Below are positions 8,888-19,809 of a stretch of 64,000 nt of DNA, one piece after another. The position numbers were made by a program, and so were the translations under genes. Source of the DNA: Candidatus Aphodoplasma sp. (lineage in GTDB: Bacteria > Bacillota > Clostridia > UBA1381 > UMGS1253); contig JAZUQZ010000026.1 in the NCBI GenBank assembly GCA_045626925.1, positions 956-64,955 on the forward strand, written 5' to 3'. The notes beneath the pieces are model-generated. The model was not told where the DNA came from and did not search any database. It worked only from the letters and a program-made list of their open reading frames with translations. Within the stretch, counting starts at the first letter, position 1. Each line of letters begins with the position of its first letter.

Positions 8888-9842
8888 CACAGATTTAATA
8901 GTCGATGCATTGAAAAAATACAATACATTTTCTATATTGCCGCACATGAATCCTGATGCTGATACAATCGGCTCGTGCTTTGCTATAAAGCATATTCTTG
9001 AAAAAATGGGCAAAAGTGCTGTGATATATTTATCTGATACGCTGCCAAAGCATTTATCGTTTATAAATGGCGAGTATCAGGTTTTTGACAAAGTGCAGAA
9101 GTGTGATGTGTGTATTTGTATAGATTGTGGCGATATCGGTCGCATAGATGGACGCGAGGCAGTTTTTAATGCATCAGATATTAAGATAAACATTGACCAT
9201 CATTACGCAAATACGCGTTATGCAGACATCAACCTTGTTGATGCAGCTGCTTGCTCGGCAGGAGAAATTTGTTATAATTTAATAAAAAAACTTGGCGTTG
9301 ATTTTGATAAAACTGTAGCCGAGTATATATATTGTGCGATGTGTGCTGATACGGGTGGTTTTAAATATTCAAACACAACACCAAAGGCAATGCGTATTGC
9401 AGCAGATTTGCTTGAATATGAGATTGATTCAGCTCGCATAAACAAGCTTTTGTTTGATACAGAAAGCTATGATATAATGCGCCTTAAGGGTGAAATAACA
9501 AACAAAGTGGAGCTTTATTGTGACGGAGCGGTCGGCGTTGTATATGTAAGATACGATATGCTTGATAAATACGGTATAGGCGAAAAGGAAATCGACAATA
9601 TCGTTGATATCGCGCGCCGTATAGATGGTGTGGAGGTTGCAGTTTCTGTAAAAGAGTGCAGTGCATCTACAAAAATCAGCCTTAGGTCAAATGAGTATAT
9701 AGATGTTTCAAAAATTGCCGAGACATTTGGCGGTGGTGGCCATGTGCGCGCGTCGGGCTTTATAATAAAAGACGATTTTGAAACTGCAAAACAAAAGGTA
9801 ATCGATGAGGTTATAAAAACGGTAAAGGAATATAAAAAATGA
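8877..9842 (+). CDS. nrnA: DHH/DHHA1 phosphoesterase (NrnA-type oligoribonuclease / pAp phosphatase)
   Basis: The DHH motif (NIDHHYAN) and the GGGH motif (FGGGGHVRASG) are present. The position after rbfA is conserved. Confidence 0.8.
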   Translation: MNNSTDLIVDALKKYNTFSILPHMNPDADTIGSCFAIKHILEKMGKSAVIYLSDTLPKHLSFINGEYQVFDKVQKCDVCICIDCGDIGRIDGREAVFNASDIKINIDHHYANTRYADINLVDAAACSAGEICYNLIKKLGVDFDKTVAEYIYCAMCADTGGFKYSNTTPKAMRIAADLLEYEIDSARINKLLFDTESYDIMRLKGEITNKVELYCDGAVGVVYVRYDMLDKYGIGEKEIDNIVDIARRIDGVEVAVSVKECSASTKISLRSNEYIDVSKIAETFGGGGHVRASGFIIKDDFETAKQKVIDEVIKTVKEYKK

Positions 9843-10717
9843 ATGGTGTAATTGTGCTAAACAAGCCAAAGGGCAAAACATCGCACGATATGGTGTATTT
9901 ATGTCGAAAACTGTTTCATATAAAGCGTGTTGGACATACGGGGACACTTGACCCTAATGCAACGGGAGTTTTGCCTGTATGCATCGGCAATGCAACAAAA
10001 GCGGCGAGCTATATTACAGATTCAAAAAAACGATACAGGGCCCAAATTATATTTGGTGCAAGAACTGATACACTTGATATTACGGGGACGGTTACACAGA
10101 CGGGCGAGATATCTTTTACGAGCGAGCAGCTTTTGTCTGTTGTTCAAGGTTTTGTTGGACAGATAGAGCAAATACCGCCGATGTATTCAGCAATAAAAAT
10201 TGATGGCAAGAAGCTTTATGAGCTTGCACGCGAAGGAAAAAGCGTTGCACGAGAGCCAAGACAAGTTACAATTTATTCAATCAATGTTGATGATTCTATG
10301 CTTGATAGTGGATATGCCATGCTTGACATTGAGTGTTCAAAAGGCACATATATTCGCACGCTATGTGATGATATAGGCGAGCGCCTTGGATGTTTTGCGC
10401 ATATGGGCGAGCTTGTTCGTACATACAGTGGTGGTTTTGATATATCGCAAAGTCATACTGTTTTGGAACTTGAAGAGCTTTTGGACAAGGGTAAGCTTGA
10501 AAGCGCGCTCATAAGTACGGACGACATATTTTCAGGCTATGACAAGCTTTTACTTGATAAAAAAGAAACAAATAAAGTAAAAAATGGTGTACCGCTTATA
10601 AAAAGTGGCCTTATAGAAGATAAAAACTACCGCCTTTATGACGAAAATGGCGGCTTTTTGTGTATATCAAAACAAATAGAGGGTGTGCTTAAAATGCAGA
10701 TATCGTTTTGGACATAA
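9839..10717 (+). CDS. truB: tRNA pseudouridine(55) synthase TruB
   Basis: Motifs GHTGTLDPNATGVLPVCIG and QIPPMYSAIKIDGKKLYELAR are present. Confidence 0.95.
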   Translation: MNGVIVLNKPKGKTSHDMVYLCRKLFHIKRVGHTGTLDPNATGVLPVCIGNATKAASYITDSKKRYRAQIIFGARTDTLDITGTVTQTGEISFTSEQLLSVVQGFVGQIEQIPPMYSAIKIDGKKLYELAREGKSVAREPRQVTIYSINVDDSMLDSGYAMLDIECSKGTYIRTLCDDIGERLGCFAHMGELVRTYSGGFDISQSHTVLELEELLDKGKLESALISTDDIFSGYDKLLLDKKETNKVKNGVPLIKSGLIEDKNYRLYDENGGFLCISKQIEGVLKMQISFWT

Positions 10718-10745
10718 AATATAAAATTGAAGCGGTGGTGAGCTT

Positions 10746-11684
10746 GTGAGAATATATGAAGATGGACAATTTGATAAAAACAATGGATGTGCGCTTGCAC
10801 TTGGAAGCTTTGATGCACTTCATATTGCACACACAAAGCTTATAAAAAAGACGATAGAATGTGCACAAGGCTATGGCGTGCGCAGCGGTGTTCATATGTT
10901 TTTTGAGCGTATTGAAAATGTGATTTTTCCCAATACTACAAACAAAAGCATATACACAAATGAGCAACGCATAGAAATTATAGAGCATTTGGGCGCAGAT
11001 TTTTTATATTTTGAAAATTTTGATGTTGACTTTATGAATATGAGTGCGTATGATTTTGCAAAAATGCTCAAAGAGAAATTTGCCGTAGTATGTGTAGTGG
11101 TTGGTTTTGACTATACTTTTGGGCGTGGCGGCGAAGGAAATGCACAGCTTCTTAAAGAATATGGCAAGGCTTTTGGCTTTGATGTTGTAATAATGGATGC
11201 GTATAAAATTTGTGACGAAATTGTAAGTTCAACAAATGTGAGAGAGTTTATAAAAAACGGCAACATTGAAAAGGCAAACGAGTTGCTTGGAAGAAAGTAT
11301 TGTCTTTGCGGAGAGATTATACATGACCGCGGTGTAGGGCACAAGCTTGGTGTGCCGACGGCAAATATTAACTTTGAAAACAGCGTTATATTGCCCAAAA
11401 ATGGAGTATATGCAGGCTTTGTAGAGCTTTGCGGTCAAAAATACACTTGTGTTGTAAACATAGGCATACGCCCGACATTTTCACTTGATAAAATGTCGGT
11501 CGAAGTGCATATAATTGATTTTGATGATGATTTATATGGCGAAAAAATGTGTGTATATCTTATAAAACGCCTTCGCCAAGAAAAGAATTTTGATACTGAT
11601 GATGCTCTGGTTGAACAAATTTTAGAGGATATTGATATTGCAAAAGACTTGTTTTTGCATGACAAAACAGAAAAAATTAAATAA
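10746..11684 (+). CDS. ribF: Bifunctional riboflavin kinase / FAD synthetase
   Basis: The sequence contains ALGSFDALHIAH, SSTNVREFI and PTANI...GVYAG...RPTF. The start is GTG. Confidence 0.92.
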   Translation: MRIYEDGQFDKNNGCALALGSFDALHIAHTKLIKKTIECAQGYGVRSGVHMFFERIENVIFPNTTNKSIYTNEQRIEIIEHLGADFLYFENFDVDFMNMSAYDFAKMLKEKFAVVCVVVGFDYTFGRGGEGNAQLLKEYGKAFGFDVVIMDAYKICDEIVSSTNVREFIKNGNIEKANELLGRKYCLCGEIIHDRGVGHKLGVPTANINFENSVILPKNGVYAGFVELCGQKYTCVVNIGIRPTFSLDKMSVEVHIIDFDDDLYGEKMCVYLIKRLRQEKNFDTDDALVEQILEDIDIAKDLFLHDKTEKIK

Positions 11685-11764
11685 CTATTGAAAAAACAAC
11701 TGAAATATGAGAAAATTAAACTGTAAAAGAAATATATGACATCAAATATTGAGGAGGTTTTAAT

Positions 11765-13144
11765 ATGGCAAGAGAGATTATTTCTGTTATACTTGCAGCG
11801 GGGGAAAGCATAAAAATGAAGACAAATATTCCGCGTGCTATTTTTCCTGTGCTCGGCAGGCCCATGGCGTCGTATGCATTAAAAGCAGCAAAAGATATAG
11901 GCTCTGTGAAAAACATTATGGTAATTGCACAGGGATACTCGGACATAGAAGAAACCTTTAAAAACGATGCTGAGTTTGTATATCAAGACAAACCGATAGG
12001 AACAGCCGATGCCTTGGCAAAGGCGCGCGACCACTATGAAGGAACAGATGCATATGTTTTTGTATTACCGGGCGATGCACCGCTTATTGATGCCCAGACG
12101 CTTCGCGATGCAATTGAATATCATGAGGAATTTGGAAATGAGGCTACTGTAATTACTGCATATGTTCAAAATCCTGATGGATATGGCAGAATTATACGCA
12201 ATAGCGCGGGCGATGTTGCGGCGATAGTTGAGGACAAAGATGCAAATCAAAGCGAGCTTGATATAAATGAAATCAACTCAAGTATGTATATATTTAATGC
12301 CGAGGCGCTTTCGTATGCGCTTGATAGTTATACAGAGCTTTTGGGCAGTTATGATAAAAACAATCTTATACACTCGCTCGAGGTTTTAATTAAAACTGGT
12401 CGTCGAGTAGGTGCTTATGATGCGCCAAATCCGGAGTCAATTCTTGGTATAAATGACCGTGTTCAGCTTTTCGAGGTTGAGGCAATAATGCGTTCAAAAA
12501 TCAATATGGAGCATATGAAAAATGGTGTTACAATAATGGCGCCTGCCGCTACTTATATTGAATCTGATGTTGAAATCGGTATAGATAGTATTATAGAACC
12601 AAATGTGCATTTGCGCGCAGGGACAGTGATTGGGAAAAATGTTTTAGTTGGCGCAAATTCCGTTATAACAAACTGTAAAATCCATGACGGAGCAGAAATT
12701 TTAAGCTCTGTTATGATTGATAGTGAGATTTGTGAAGATGCACATATCGGACCTTTTGCATATATCAGACCAAACAGTAAAATCGGCAAAAAAGTTAAAA
12801 TTGGCGATTTTGTTGAAATCAAGAATGCAGTTCTTGGAGAAGGAACAAAGGTGTCGCATCTCACTTATGTTGGCGATTCTGATGTTGGAAGCGGTGTAAA
12901 CTTTGGTTGCGGTTGTGTAACGGTAAATTATGATGGCAAAAAGAAATATCGCACTACAATAGGTGACAACGCATTTATCGGTTGTAATACAAACCTTATT
13001 TCGCCTGTGACCGTAAACGATAATGCGTATATAGCTGCCGGTTCTACAATTACAGATGAAGTGCCACATAGCGCACTTGCAATTGCAAGAAGCAGACAGG
13101 TTATAAAAACAGATTGGAAAGACAAGAGAAAAGAAGACAAGTAA
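11765..13144 (+). CDS. glmU: Bifunctional UDP-GlcNAc pyrophosphorylase / GlcN-1-P N-acetyltransferase GlmU
   Basis: An N-terminal nucleotidyltransferase fold (ILAAGES...) is followed by C-terminal left-handed beta-helix hexapeptide repeats (...NFGCGCVTVNYDGKKKYRTTIGDNAFIGCN...). Confidence 0.93.
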   Translation: MAREIISVILAAGESIKMKTNIPRAIFPVLGRPMASYALKAAKDIGSVKNIMVIAQGYSDIEETFKNDAEFVYQDKPIGTADALAKARDHYEGTDAYVFVLPGDAPLIDAQTLRDAIEYHEEFGNEATVITAYVQNPDGYGRIIRNSAGDVAAIVEDKDANQSELDINEINSSMYIFNAEALSYALDSYTELLGSYDKNNLIHSLEVLIKTGRRVGAYDAPNPESILGINDRVQLFEVEAIMRSKINMEHMKNGVTIMAPAATYIESDVEIGIDSIIEPNVHLRAGTVIGKNVLVGANSVITNCKIHDGAEILSSVMIDSEICEDAHIGPFAYIRPNSKIGKKVKIGDFVEIKNAVLGEGTKVSHLTYVGDSDVGSGVNFGCGCVTVNYDGKKKYRTTIGDNAFIGCNTNLISPVTVNDNAYIAAGSTITDEVPHSALAIARSRQVIKTDWKDKRKEDK

Positions 13145-13178
13145 TAATATTTAATAATTTTAAAGAATAGATAAAGCC

Positions 13179-13215
13179 AAAGGGTTCGGGGATGCTTTGC
13201 CGAACCTTTTTGGCA
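13179..13215 (+). terminator. Rho-independent terminator after glmU
   Basis: The stem is AAAGGGTTCGG...CCGAACCTTT with one G-U pair, followed by TTTTT. Confidence 0.6.
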
Positions 13216-13234
13216 TAGTAAAGGCGTGAAAAAT

Positions 13235-13831
13235 ATGTTTTTAATTGCTGGGCTTGGCAATCCGGGCAAACAGTACGAAATGACAAGGCACAATATTGGA
13301 TTTGAGGTAATAGATTATATTTCAAAAGAGTATAATATCAAAGTGAATAAGATTAAACATAAGGCGTTGATTGGAGAAGGCAATATCCAAGGCGAGCGTG
13401 TAATACTTGCAAAGCCACAGACATATATGAACCTAAGCGGCGAAAGCATACGCGAAATTTGTGATTATTACAAGCTTGGAGCAGAAAATGTTATTATAGT
13501 TTATGATGATATTGCTATACCATCGGGTTCTGTACGCATTCGTGCAAAAGGCTCTGCCGGCGGGCACAATGGTATGAAGTCGATTATATATCAGCTCCAA
13601 TCGGATGAATTTATGAGGCTCCGCATTGGTGTTGGCGCACCAAAACACGCTGATTATGATTTAAAGGATTATGTTCTTGGCAGATTTGGTAAAGATGAAG
13701 CAGAGGATATAATTTCGGCAGTGAAGCTTTGCCCGGACGCGCTTGTGATGATGATGCGCTCGGGAGCATCTATAGCAGCATCAAAGTTCAACAGGACAAT
13801 TAAGGAGGATAATGATGAGGCAAGCGTGTGA
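13235..13831 (+). CDS. pth: Peptidyl-tRNA hydrolase
   Basis: Motifs MFLIAGLGNPG..YE.TRHNIGF and GGHNGMKSI are present. I prefer the ATG at 13235 on RBS spacing. The ORF track starts at the GTG at 13226. Confidence 0.93.
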   Translation: MFLIAGLGNPGKQYEMTRHNIGFEVIDYISKEYNIKVNKIKHKALIGEGNIQGERVILAKPQTYMNLSGESIREICDYYKLGAENVIIVYDDIAIPSGSVRIRAKGSAGGHNGMKSIIYQLQSDEFMRLRIGVGAPKHADYDLKDYVLGRFGKDEAEDIISAVKLCPDALVMMMRSGASIAASKFNRTIKEDNDEASV

Positions 13832-16800
13832 TAAATTGCCTTTTGCGACGATACTTGACAAAAGCGGTGAATTTAGTGAGCTTGTTCGTTGCTTAAAGGA
13901 AAATATTACACCGATAAATATTATTGCAGGGGTGGGGGCACAGCGCGCGCACCTCGTTTTTGCTGCGCAAAAAAAGCTTGATACACCTGTGTTTATATTG
14001 ACTTCGACAGAGCTTGAGGCACAAATTCTGGTAGATGATTTGGAGTTTTTTGCACCTGATAGAGTGGTGTACTTTCCCTCAAAAGAATACATCTATTACG
14101 ATGTGGATAGTGTAAGCAAAGAAATGAGCATGAAGCGCTTGGCAGCACTGTCAAAGCTGAAAAATGGGGATGAAAATTATATTATAGTAGCAAGCGTCTC
14201 CTCTGCACTTGGCTTTTGTATGCCAAAAGATGACTTTGTAAACAATATAATAAGCATTGAAATAGGCGATGTTTTTGATGTTGAAGAGCTTTGCGAAAAG
14301 CTTGTTGTAATGGGATACACAAGAGAGGATATGGTCGAGGGGTATGGCACATTTTCTGTTCGCGGAGGCATTGTAGATATATTTGGTGCAGACATGGAAA
14401 ATCCTGTTCGAATTGAATTTTTTGATAACGAAGTAGATTCGATAAGAACCTTCGACACAACTACCCAATTATCACTTGAAAAGCTTAATAATGCGACTAT
14501 ATATCCATGTAGCGAAATTATACTTAAAAAAGATGCACACGACAAGCTTTTAGCGACTATGCGTGCGTCACTTGCAAAGCTAAAACGCAAAAAAAATGAT
14601 GTAACAGATGCTATCGAGCATCTTTCGTCCGATATTGAAAAGCTGTGCGAGAGATATTATTTTGCGTCGCTTGACAAATATATTTTTGATATATATGATG
14701 GCGTACCGACGATTTTTGACTGGCTTGATAGGGACACATTATTTTTTATCGATGAGCCACGCAAAACAGGCGAAAGTGGAAAAATTTTTGAACAAGATAT
14801 GAGCGAAACAATAGCCTCGCTTATGGAAAAGGGCGTTCTTGTGCCTGAGAAAAAGCAGTTTTATGTGGAATATAATGAAATTATGAAAACACTTTCCCAA
14901 AAACGCCTTGTTGGACTTGCGGCGATGTCGTTTTCGTGCCGCGATTACCGCGCAAAGCAAAATATTGACTTTGCTATTAAGAGCATAAATTCGTTTCATG
15001 GCAAGATTGATTTTTTGTGTGATGATTTAAAAATGTGGCACGACAAAAAAACAGCTGTTGTAATTTTGGCAGGTGGTAATAGTCGTGCTCAAAATCTTTG
15101 CAGCGAGCTTATAAATCGTGGGATTGAATGTGTATATTCACCGGAGCCCAGTTTGATTTCAGATGGAAAAATTATTATCACAAATGGCAGTTTGTCAAGC
15201 GGATTTGAGTATTCGCTTATGAATTTTGTATTGATAAGTGACCGTGAAATATTTTTAGAAAAGCGTCGAAAAGGGCGCAAATTAAAAGATAAAAGTGCGA
15301 CAAAAATTCATTCGTTTACAGATATTTCGCCGGGCGATTATGTTGTGCACCAAACACATGGTATTGGTCGATACGAGGGTATACAAAAGCTCACTGTTGA
15401 TAAAGTTACAAAGGATTATTTAAAAATATCATATCAAGGAACGGATAGCTTGTATGTGCCGACAGACCAACTTGATTTGTTGTATAAATATATTGGTGGC
15501 ACAGATAAAAAAGTGCATATTAACAGGCTTGGGGGGACGGATTGGAGTAAAACAAAGGAGCGCGTAAAGCAATCAACCGCAGAACTTGCAGAGCATCTTT
15601 TGCGTCTTTATGCCGAGCGAGAACAGATGAAAGGACACTCTTTTAGTGCGGACACTCCGTGGCAGAGAGAATTTGAGGACAATTTTGGATATATAGAAAC
15701 AGCCGACCAGATGCGTTCGATTGAAGAGGTTAAGGCAGATATGGAGTCGGAACGCCCAATGGACAGATTGCTTTGCGGAGATGTCGGTTATGGCAAAACC
15801 GAAGTTGCAATGCGCGCGGCATTCAAGGCAGTCATGGACTCAAAACAGGTGGCCTACCTTGTGCCGACGACCATTCTGGCAATGCAGCATTATAATAACT
15901 TTGCCTATCGCATGCGTGACTTTCCGGTGCGCGTTGAAATGTTATCGCGCTTTCGCACGCCTGCTGAGCAAAGAGAAACTCTAAAACGCCTTAAAACAGG
16001 CGAAACTGATATTGTAATTGGTACGCACAGATTGTTGCAAAAGGATATAGAATTTAAAGATTTAGGGCTTTTGATTGTTGACGAGGAACAACGCTTTGGC
16101 GTTACACATAAAGAAGCAATAAAGCAAATGCGAAAAAATGTTGATGTATTGACTCTTACTGCAACGCCAATACCGCGCACACTTCATATGGCTATGGTAA
16201 ATATACGCGACATGAGTGTTATTACCCAGCCACCGGAGAATCGTTATCCTGTACAGACATATGTTATGGAGAAAAATGACGATATAATTGCCGATGCAAT
16301 AAAAAAAGAACTTGGACGCGGTGGCCAGGTGTACTATCTTTATAATCGTGTTTCGGGCATACATTCTGTTGCAAAAAAAATTCAAGAGCTTGTGCCACAG
16401 GCAAAGGTCGGCATAGGTCATGGCAAAATGCGCGAGGATGAGCTTGAGGATGTTATGATGAATATGCTCGACGGCGAAATCAATGTTTTGGTGTGTACAA
16501 CAATTATTGAAACGGGGCTTGACATACCGAATGTCAATACAATTATAGTGGAAAATGCGGACAAAATGGGGCTTTCACAGCTTTATCAGTTGCGTGGACG
16601 TGTTGGCCGTTCGAATCGACTGGCTTATGCTTATTTAACATATCAACGCGACAAGACAATAAGCGATGTTGCACAAAAGAGACTAAGTGCTGTGCGCGAG
16701 TTTACAGAGTTTGGTTCGGGATTTAAAATTGCAATGCGTGACCTTGAAATACGCGGAGCGGGCAATCTTCTTGGGGCACAACAACACGGGCATATGGATG

Positions 16801-17330
16801 CGGTCGGTTATGATATGTATTGCAAGCTTTTAAAAGAGAGCGTAAATGAGATAAAAGGTGAGCCGATGATGACGCAAATTACAACATCGGTTGATTTGCC
16901 TGTTGATGCTCATATTCCTGAAAACTTCATTAAAAATCAAAATTTGCGCATAGATATATACAAAAAAATTGCCGCAATTTCGTGCGTGCAGGATAGCTAT
17001 GATGTTGAAGAAGAAATTGAGGACAGATTTGGCACTTTGCCACAATCGGTGCGTAATGTAATAGATATAGCACTGATAAAGGTGTGGGCACACGAGCTTG
17101 GTATAACAGAGCTTGTACAAAACAATAATGGGCTGACTTTTGTATTTGAAATGAGTAAAATTGATATGAGGATTATTTCGGAAATAATTTCGCAAAGTAA
17201 AGGCAGGGCGTTGTTTTCAGCAGGCGAAAGACCATATCTGATATTTAAAAATCAACCCGTTATCCAAACAGAAATGATAGCTAATATTAAGTTTTTATTA
17301 CAGAGCATGAAAGAATTGCAGAATAAATAA
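13812..17330 (+). CDS. mfd: Transcription-repair coupling factor Mfd
   Basis: The 1172-aa protein has a UvrB-homology N-terminus, a CarD-like region (GDYVVHQTHGIGRY) and SF2 helicase motifs (GDVGYGKTEVA, DEEQRFG). The start overlaps the end of pth. Confidence 0.97.
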   Translation: MMRQACDKLPFATILDKSGEFSELVRCLKENITPINIIAGVGAQRAHLVFAAQKKLDTPVFILTSTELEAQILVDDLEFFAPDRVVYFPSKEYIYYDVDSVSKEMSMKRLAALSKLKNGDENYIIVASVSSALGFCMPKDDFVNNIISIEIGDVFDVEELCEKLVVMGYTREDMVEGYGTFSVRGGIVDIFGADMENPVRIEFFDNEVDSIRTFDTTTQLSLEKLNNATIYPCSEIILKKDAHDKLLATMRASLAKLKRKKNDVTDAIEHLSSDIEKLCERYYFASLDKYIFDIYDGVPTIFDWLDRDTLFFIDEPRKTGESGKIFEQDMSETIASLMEKGVLVPEKKQFYVEYNEIMKTLSQKRLVGLAAMSFSCRDYRAKQNIDFAIKSINSFHGKIDFLCDDLKMWHDKKTAVVILAGGNSRAQNLCSELINRGIECVYSPEPSLISDGKIIITNGSLSSGFEYSLMNFVLISDREIFLEKRRKGRKLKDKSATKIHSFTDISPGDYVVHQTHGIGRYEGIQKLTVDKVTKDYLKISYQGTDSLYVPTDQLDLLYKYIGGTDKKVHINRLGGTDWSKTKERVKQSTAELAEHLLRLYAEREQMKGHSFSADTPWQREFEDNFGYIETADQMRSIEEVKADMESERPMDRLLCGDVGYGKTEVAMRAAFKAVMDSKQVAYLVPTTILAMQHYNNFAYRMRDFPVRVEMLSRFRTPAEQRETLKRLKTGETDIVIGTHRLLQKDIEFKDLGLLIVDEEQRFGVTHKEAIKQMRKNVDVLTLTATPIPRTLHMAMVNIRDMSVITQPPENRYPVQTYVMEKNDDIIADAIKKELGRGGQVYYLYNRVSGIHSVAKKIQELVPQAKVGIGHGKMREDELEDVMMNMLDGEINVLVCTTIIETGLDIPNVNTIIVENADKMGLSQLYQLRGRVGRSNRLAYAYLTYQRDKTISDVAQKRLSAVREFTEFGSGFKIAMRDLEIRGAGNLLGAQQHGHMDAVGYDMYCKLLKESVNEIKGEPMMTQITTSVDLPVDAHIPENFIKNQNLRIDIYKKIAAISCVQDSYDVEEEIEDRFGTLPQSVRNVIDIALIKVWAHELGITELVQNNNGLTFVFEMSKIDMRIISEIISQSKGRALFSAGERPYLIFKNQPVIQTEMIANIKFLLQSMKELQNK

Positions 17331-17380
17331 ATTTTTGTTATAATTAAACAAAGGATACTGTTTTAAAGGAGTTGGATAGC

Positions 17381-18415
17381 ATGAGACAAAAGAAAGTTTT
17401 GATGACAATATGCGTTGCCTTGCTGTGTCTTTCGATGCTTGTTGGTTGTGGTCAGGACAATAGAGAGCTTTTTAGCATCAATGGAGAAAAAATTACAATA
17501 GGGGAGTTTTCATTCTTTCTTGACAATATGAAAGAGATGATTGCGGCGGAATCTGACCTTGATATTAAAGATGAACATTCATGGGCGACGGTTGAAATTG
17601 ATAATAAAAAAGCTATTGATGTTGCGAAAGAAAAGGCCCTTGAGGATGTTGTTTCACTTGTTGTCCAGGTGCAAAAGGCAAAGCAAGAGGGAATAGAACT
17701 TACAAATGATGATAAAAAAGAAATTGGCAAGCAAAAGTTAAGCTTTATCCAACAGTACGGTGGCGAAGCAGCATTTAATCAAATGCTTGATATGTGGCAT
17801 ATCTCATCTGATACATTTGATAAGATTATGCAGTATTATAAGTATGCATCAAAGCTTCAGACAAAGTATATTTCAGACGATGAAAAAATCAATAATATAA
17901 CAGAGGAAGAAATTGTAGCAAAATATGATACACTCAAGGAGCAGACACTTCGTGATTCGATTTTTGTAAAGCATATTTTAATAATGCCAAAGCCTGCTAC
18001 GGATACAACACCTGCAGTAACCGATGAAGAAGCAATGCAAAAGGCAGAGGCGGTTCTTCAACGATTAAATAATGGCGAGGATTTTGATACTGTTATGCGT
18101 GAAGTAACCGAAGATGGAGAGATTTCGTATGATGGGTATTCGTTTACCCACAATGACGGTCAAATGGACTCTGATTTTGATAATGCAGCATACGCATTAT
18201 CTGTGGGCGAAATAAGCGGACCTGTAAAGACGCGTTTTGGATATCATATTATTAAAAGACTTGAATCAAAAACAGATGTAAATACACTTGATGAGATACG
18301 CGACGAGCTTGTTTTGACAATCAAAAAAGAAAGGTATCATACAATGGTTATGACCGAATGGACAACTGCGGCATCGGTTATAAAACAAGAAGGAATTTTT
18401 AACTCGATAAAATAA
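17381..18415 (+). CDS. PrsA-like peptidylprolyl isomerase lipoprotein (parvulin type)
   Basis: A signal peptide with lipobox LVGC is present, along with a PPIC rotamase region (FVKHILI...GPVKTRFGYHIIKR). Confidence 0.85.
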   Translation: MRQKKVLMTICVALLCLSMLVGCGQDNRELFSINGEKITIGEFSFFLDNMKEMIAAESDLDIKDEHSWATVEIDNKKAIDVAKEKALEDVVSLVVQVQKAKQEGIELTNDDKKEIGKQKLSFIQQYGGEAAFNQMLDMWHISSDTFDKIMQYYKYASKLQTKYISDDEKINNITEEEIVAKYDTLKEQTLRDSIFVKHILIMPKPATDTTPAVTDEEAMQKAEAVLQRLNNGEDFDTVMREVTEDGEISYDGYSFTHNDGQMDSDFDNAAYALSVGEISGPVKTRFGYHIIKRLESKTDVNTLDEIRDELVLTIKKERYHTMVMTEWTTAASVIKQEGIFNSIK

Positions 18416-18420
18416 ACAAT

Positions 18421-18449
18421 AAAAGCACCTGCTAAAAGTGGGTGCTTTT
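18421..18449. terminator. Shared hairpin terminator between convergent prsA-like and cca genes
   Basis: The stem is AAAAGCACC-11 nt loop-GGTGCTTTT. It overlaps the cca stop codon. Confidence 0.5.
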
Positions 18450-19779
18450 ACATATTTTTAAGTGATTTTGCTTTGTCAAGCAGTACATTTTTTTCGTTTT
18501 CTATCTCACCTTCAATTACAAGTTCGAGCAAAACATCAAGCATGTTGCCGATTTCTTTTCCGACAAAACCGAGATTTAGAATATCGTTTCCGTTTATGGC
18601 AAGGTCTTTTTTTGAAAAGCATTCGCCATCAAAAATCACCTCATCGGCAAGGCTTTTTATATTTGATAACTGCGCTATCCTTTTGTCAACAAATTCACTT
18701 GCGTGGGCGCGCGTATCGGCCATTTGCAGTTGTATCAAATCAAAAAACAAATCGACACCGATTTTGCCAAGCCATTTTTTAACGCTCTTTTTTGTTTCGC
18801 AAAGTCGGGCGTCATGATATTTAACAAGCTGCAAAACAGAGCGCTTTGTTTCGCCTGTACATTTTAGCGAGTTTAGAATATCGTCCACAAGCTCAACGCT
18901 TTTCTTTGCGTGTGCATAAAAGTGACCACATTGCTCATCATCAAGAGAGAAGGTTTGTGGCTTGCCTATATCATGAAATAGTGCCGCAAGTCGCAGTACA
19001 AGCTTTGGCTCGATGTTTTCCATAGCGCACACACAATGCCCCCAAACATCATAGATATGATATTTGCTATGCTGACAAAAATCAAACATCGCCTCGATTT
19101 GTGGCACAAAAACGGCTATAACATCTTTATATTCATCTACAATTTTTGACGCATTAACACCGCATATAAGCTTGAAAAATTCGATTTGGATTCTTTCTGC
19201 AGCAATATTTTTGAGCAAGGACTTGTTTTTGTGTATGCTCTTTTTTGCTTCGTTTTCAATTTCAAACCCAAGCACCGATGCAAAGCGAAGTGCGCGCAAA
19301 ATGCGAAGTGCGTCCTCGTTAAAACGCGTATCTGCATCACCGACACAGCGTATTATTTTTTTGCAAAGGTCGCTTTTTCCGTTATAATAATCAATTATAC
19401 CGCTTTTTTCGTTGTATGCCATCGCATTTATTGTAAAATCGCGCCTTGACAAGTCGTCGACAAGCTTGTCGGTAAATTCGACCTTTTCGGGTCTTCGATT
19501 GTCTTTGTATGCGCCGTCTATGCGATATGTTGTAATTTCAATAGGTTTTTTTTCGATTACAACACTCACGGTACCGTGTTTTATGCCTGTTTCTATAATA
19601 TGGTAAGCAGAAAACACCTTTGATACTTGTGATGGCAAAGCATCAGTTGTTATATCATAATCTGAAGCGTCTATACCCAAAAGCGAATCTCGTACGCATC
19701 CGCCGACAATATGTGCGCTATATCCGTTTTTTTCAAGAATATCAATCGCAGTTTGTGCATAGCTTGGAATTTTAATCAT
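18448..19779 (-). CDS. cca: CCA-adding tRNA nucleotidyltransferase with HD domain
   Basis: Motifs GGCVRDSLLG..DYDITT, RDFTINAMA and the HD motif (FHDIGKP) are present. The start is ambiguous among GTG 19788, ATG 19785 and ATG 19779. The GGTGAT RBS favours 19779. Confidence 0.9.
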   Translation of the reverse strand: MIKIPSYAQTAIDILEKNGYSAHIVGGCVRDSLLGIDASDYDITTDALPSQVSKVFSAYHIIETGIKHGTVSVVIEKKPIEITTYRIDGAYKDNRRPEKVEFTDKLVDDLSRRDFTINAMAYNEKSGIIDYYNGKSDLCKKIIRCVGDADTRFNEDALRILRALRFASVLGFEIENEAKKSIHKNKSLLKNIAAERIQIEFFKLICGVNASKIVDEYKDVIAVFVPQIEAMFDFCQHSKYHIYDVWGHCVCAMENIEPKLVLRLAALFHDIGKPQTFSLDDEQCGHFYAHAKKSVELVDDILNSLKCTGETKRSVLQLVKYHDARLCETKKSVKKWLGKIGVDLFFDLIQLQMADTRAHASEFVDKRIAQLSNIKSLADEVIFDGECFSKKDLAINGNDILNLGFVGKEIGNMLDVLLELVIEGEIENEKNVLLDKAKSLKNM

Positions 19780-19809
19780 AATCATCACCCAAAATTAAAT
19801 TGTTTGAGC

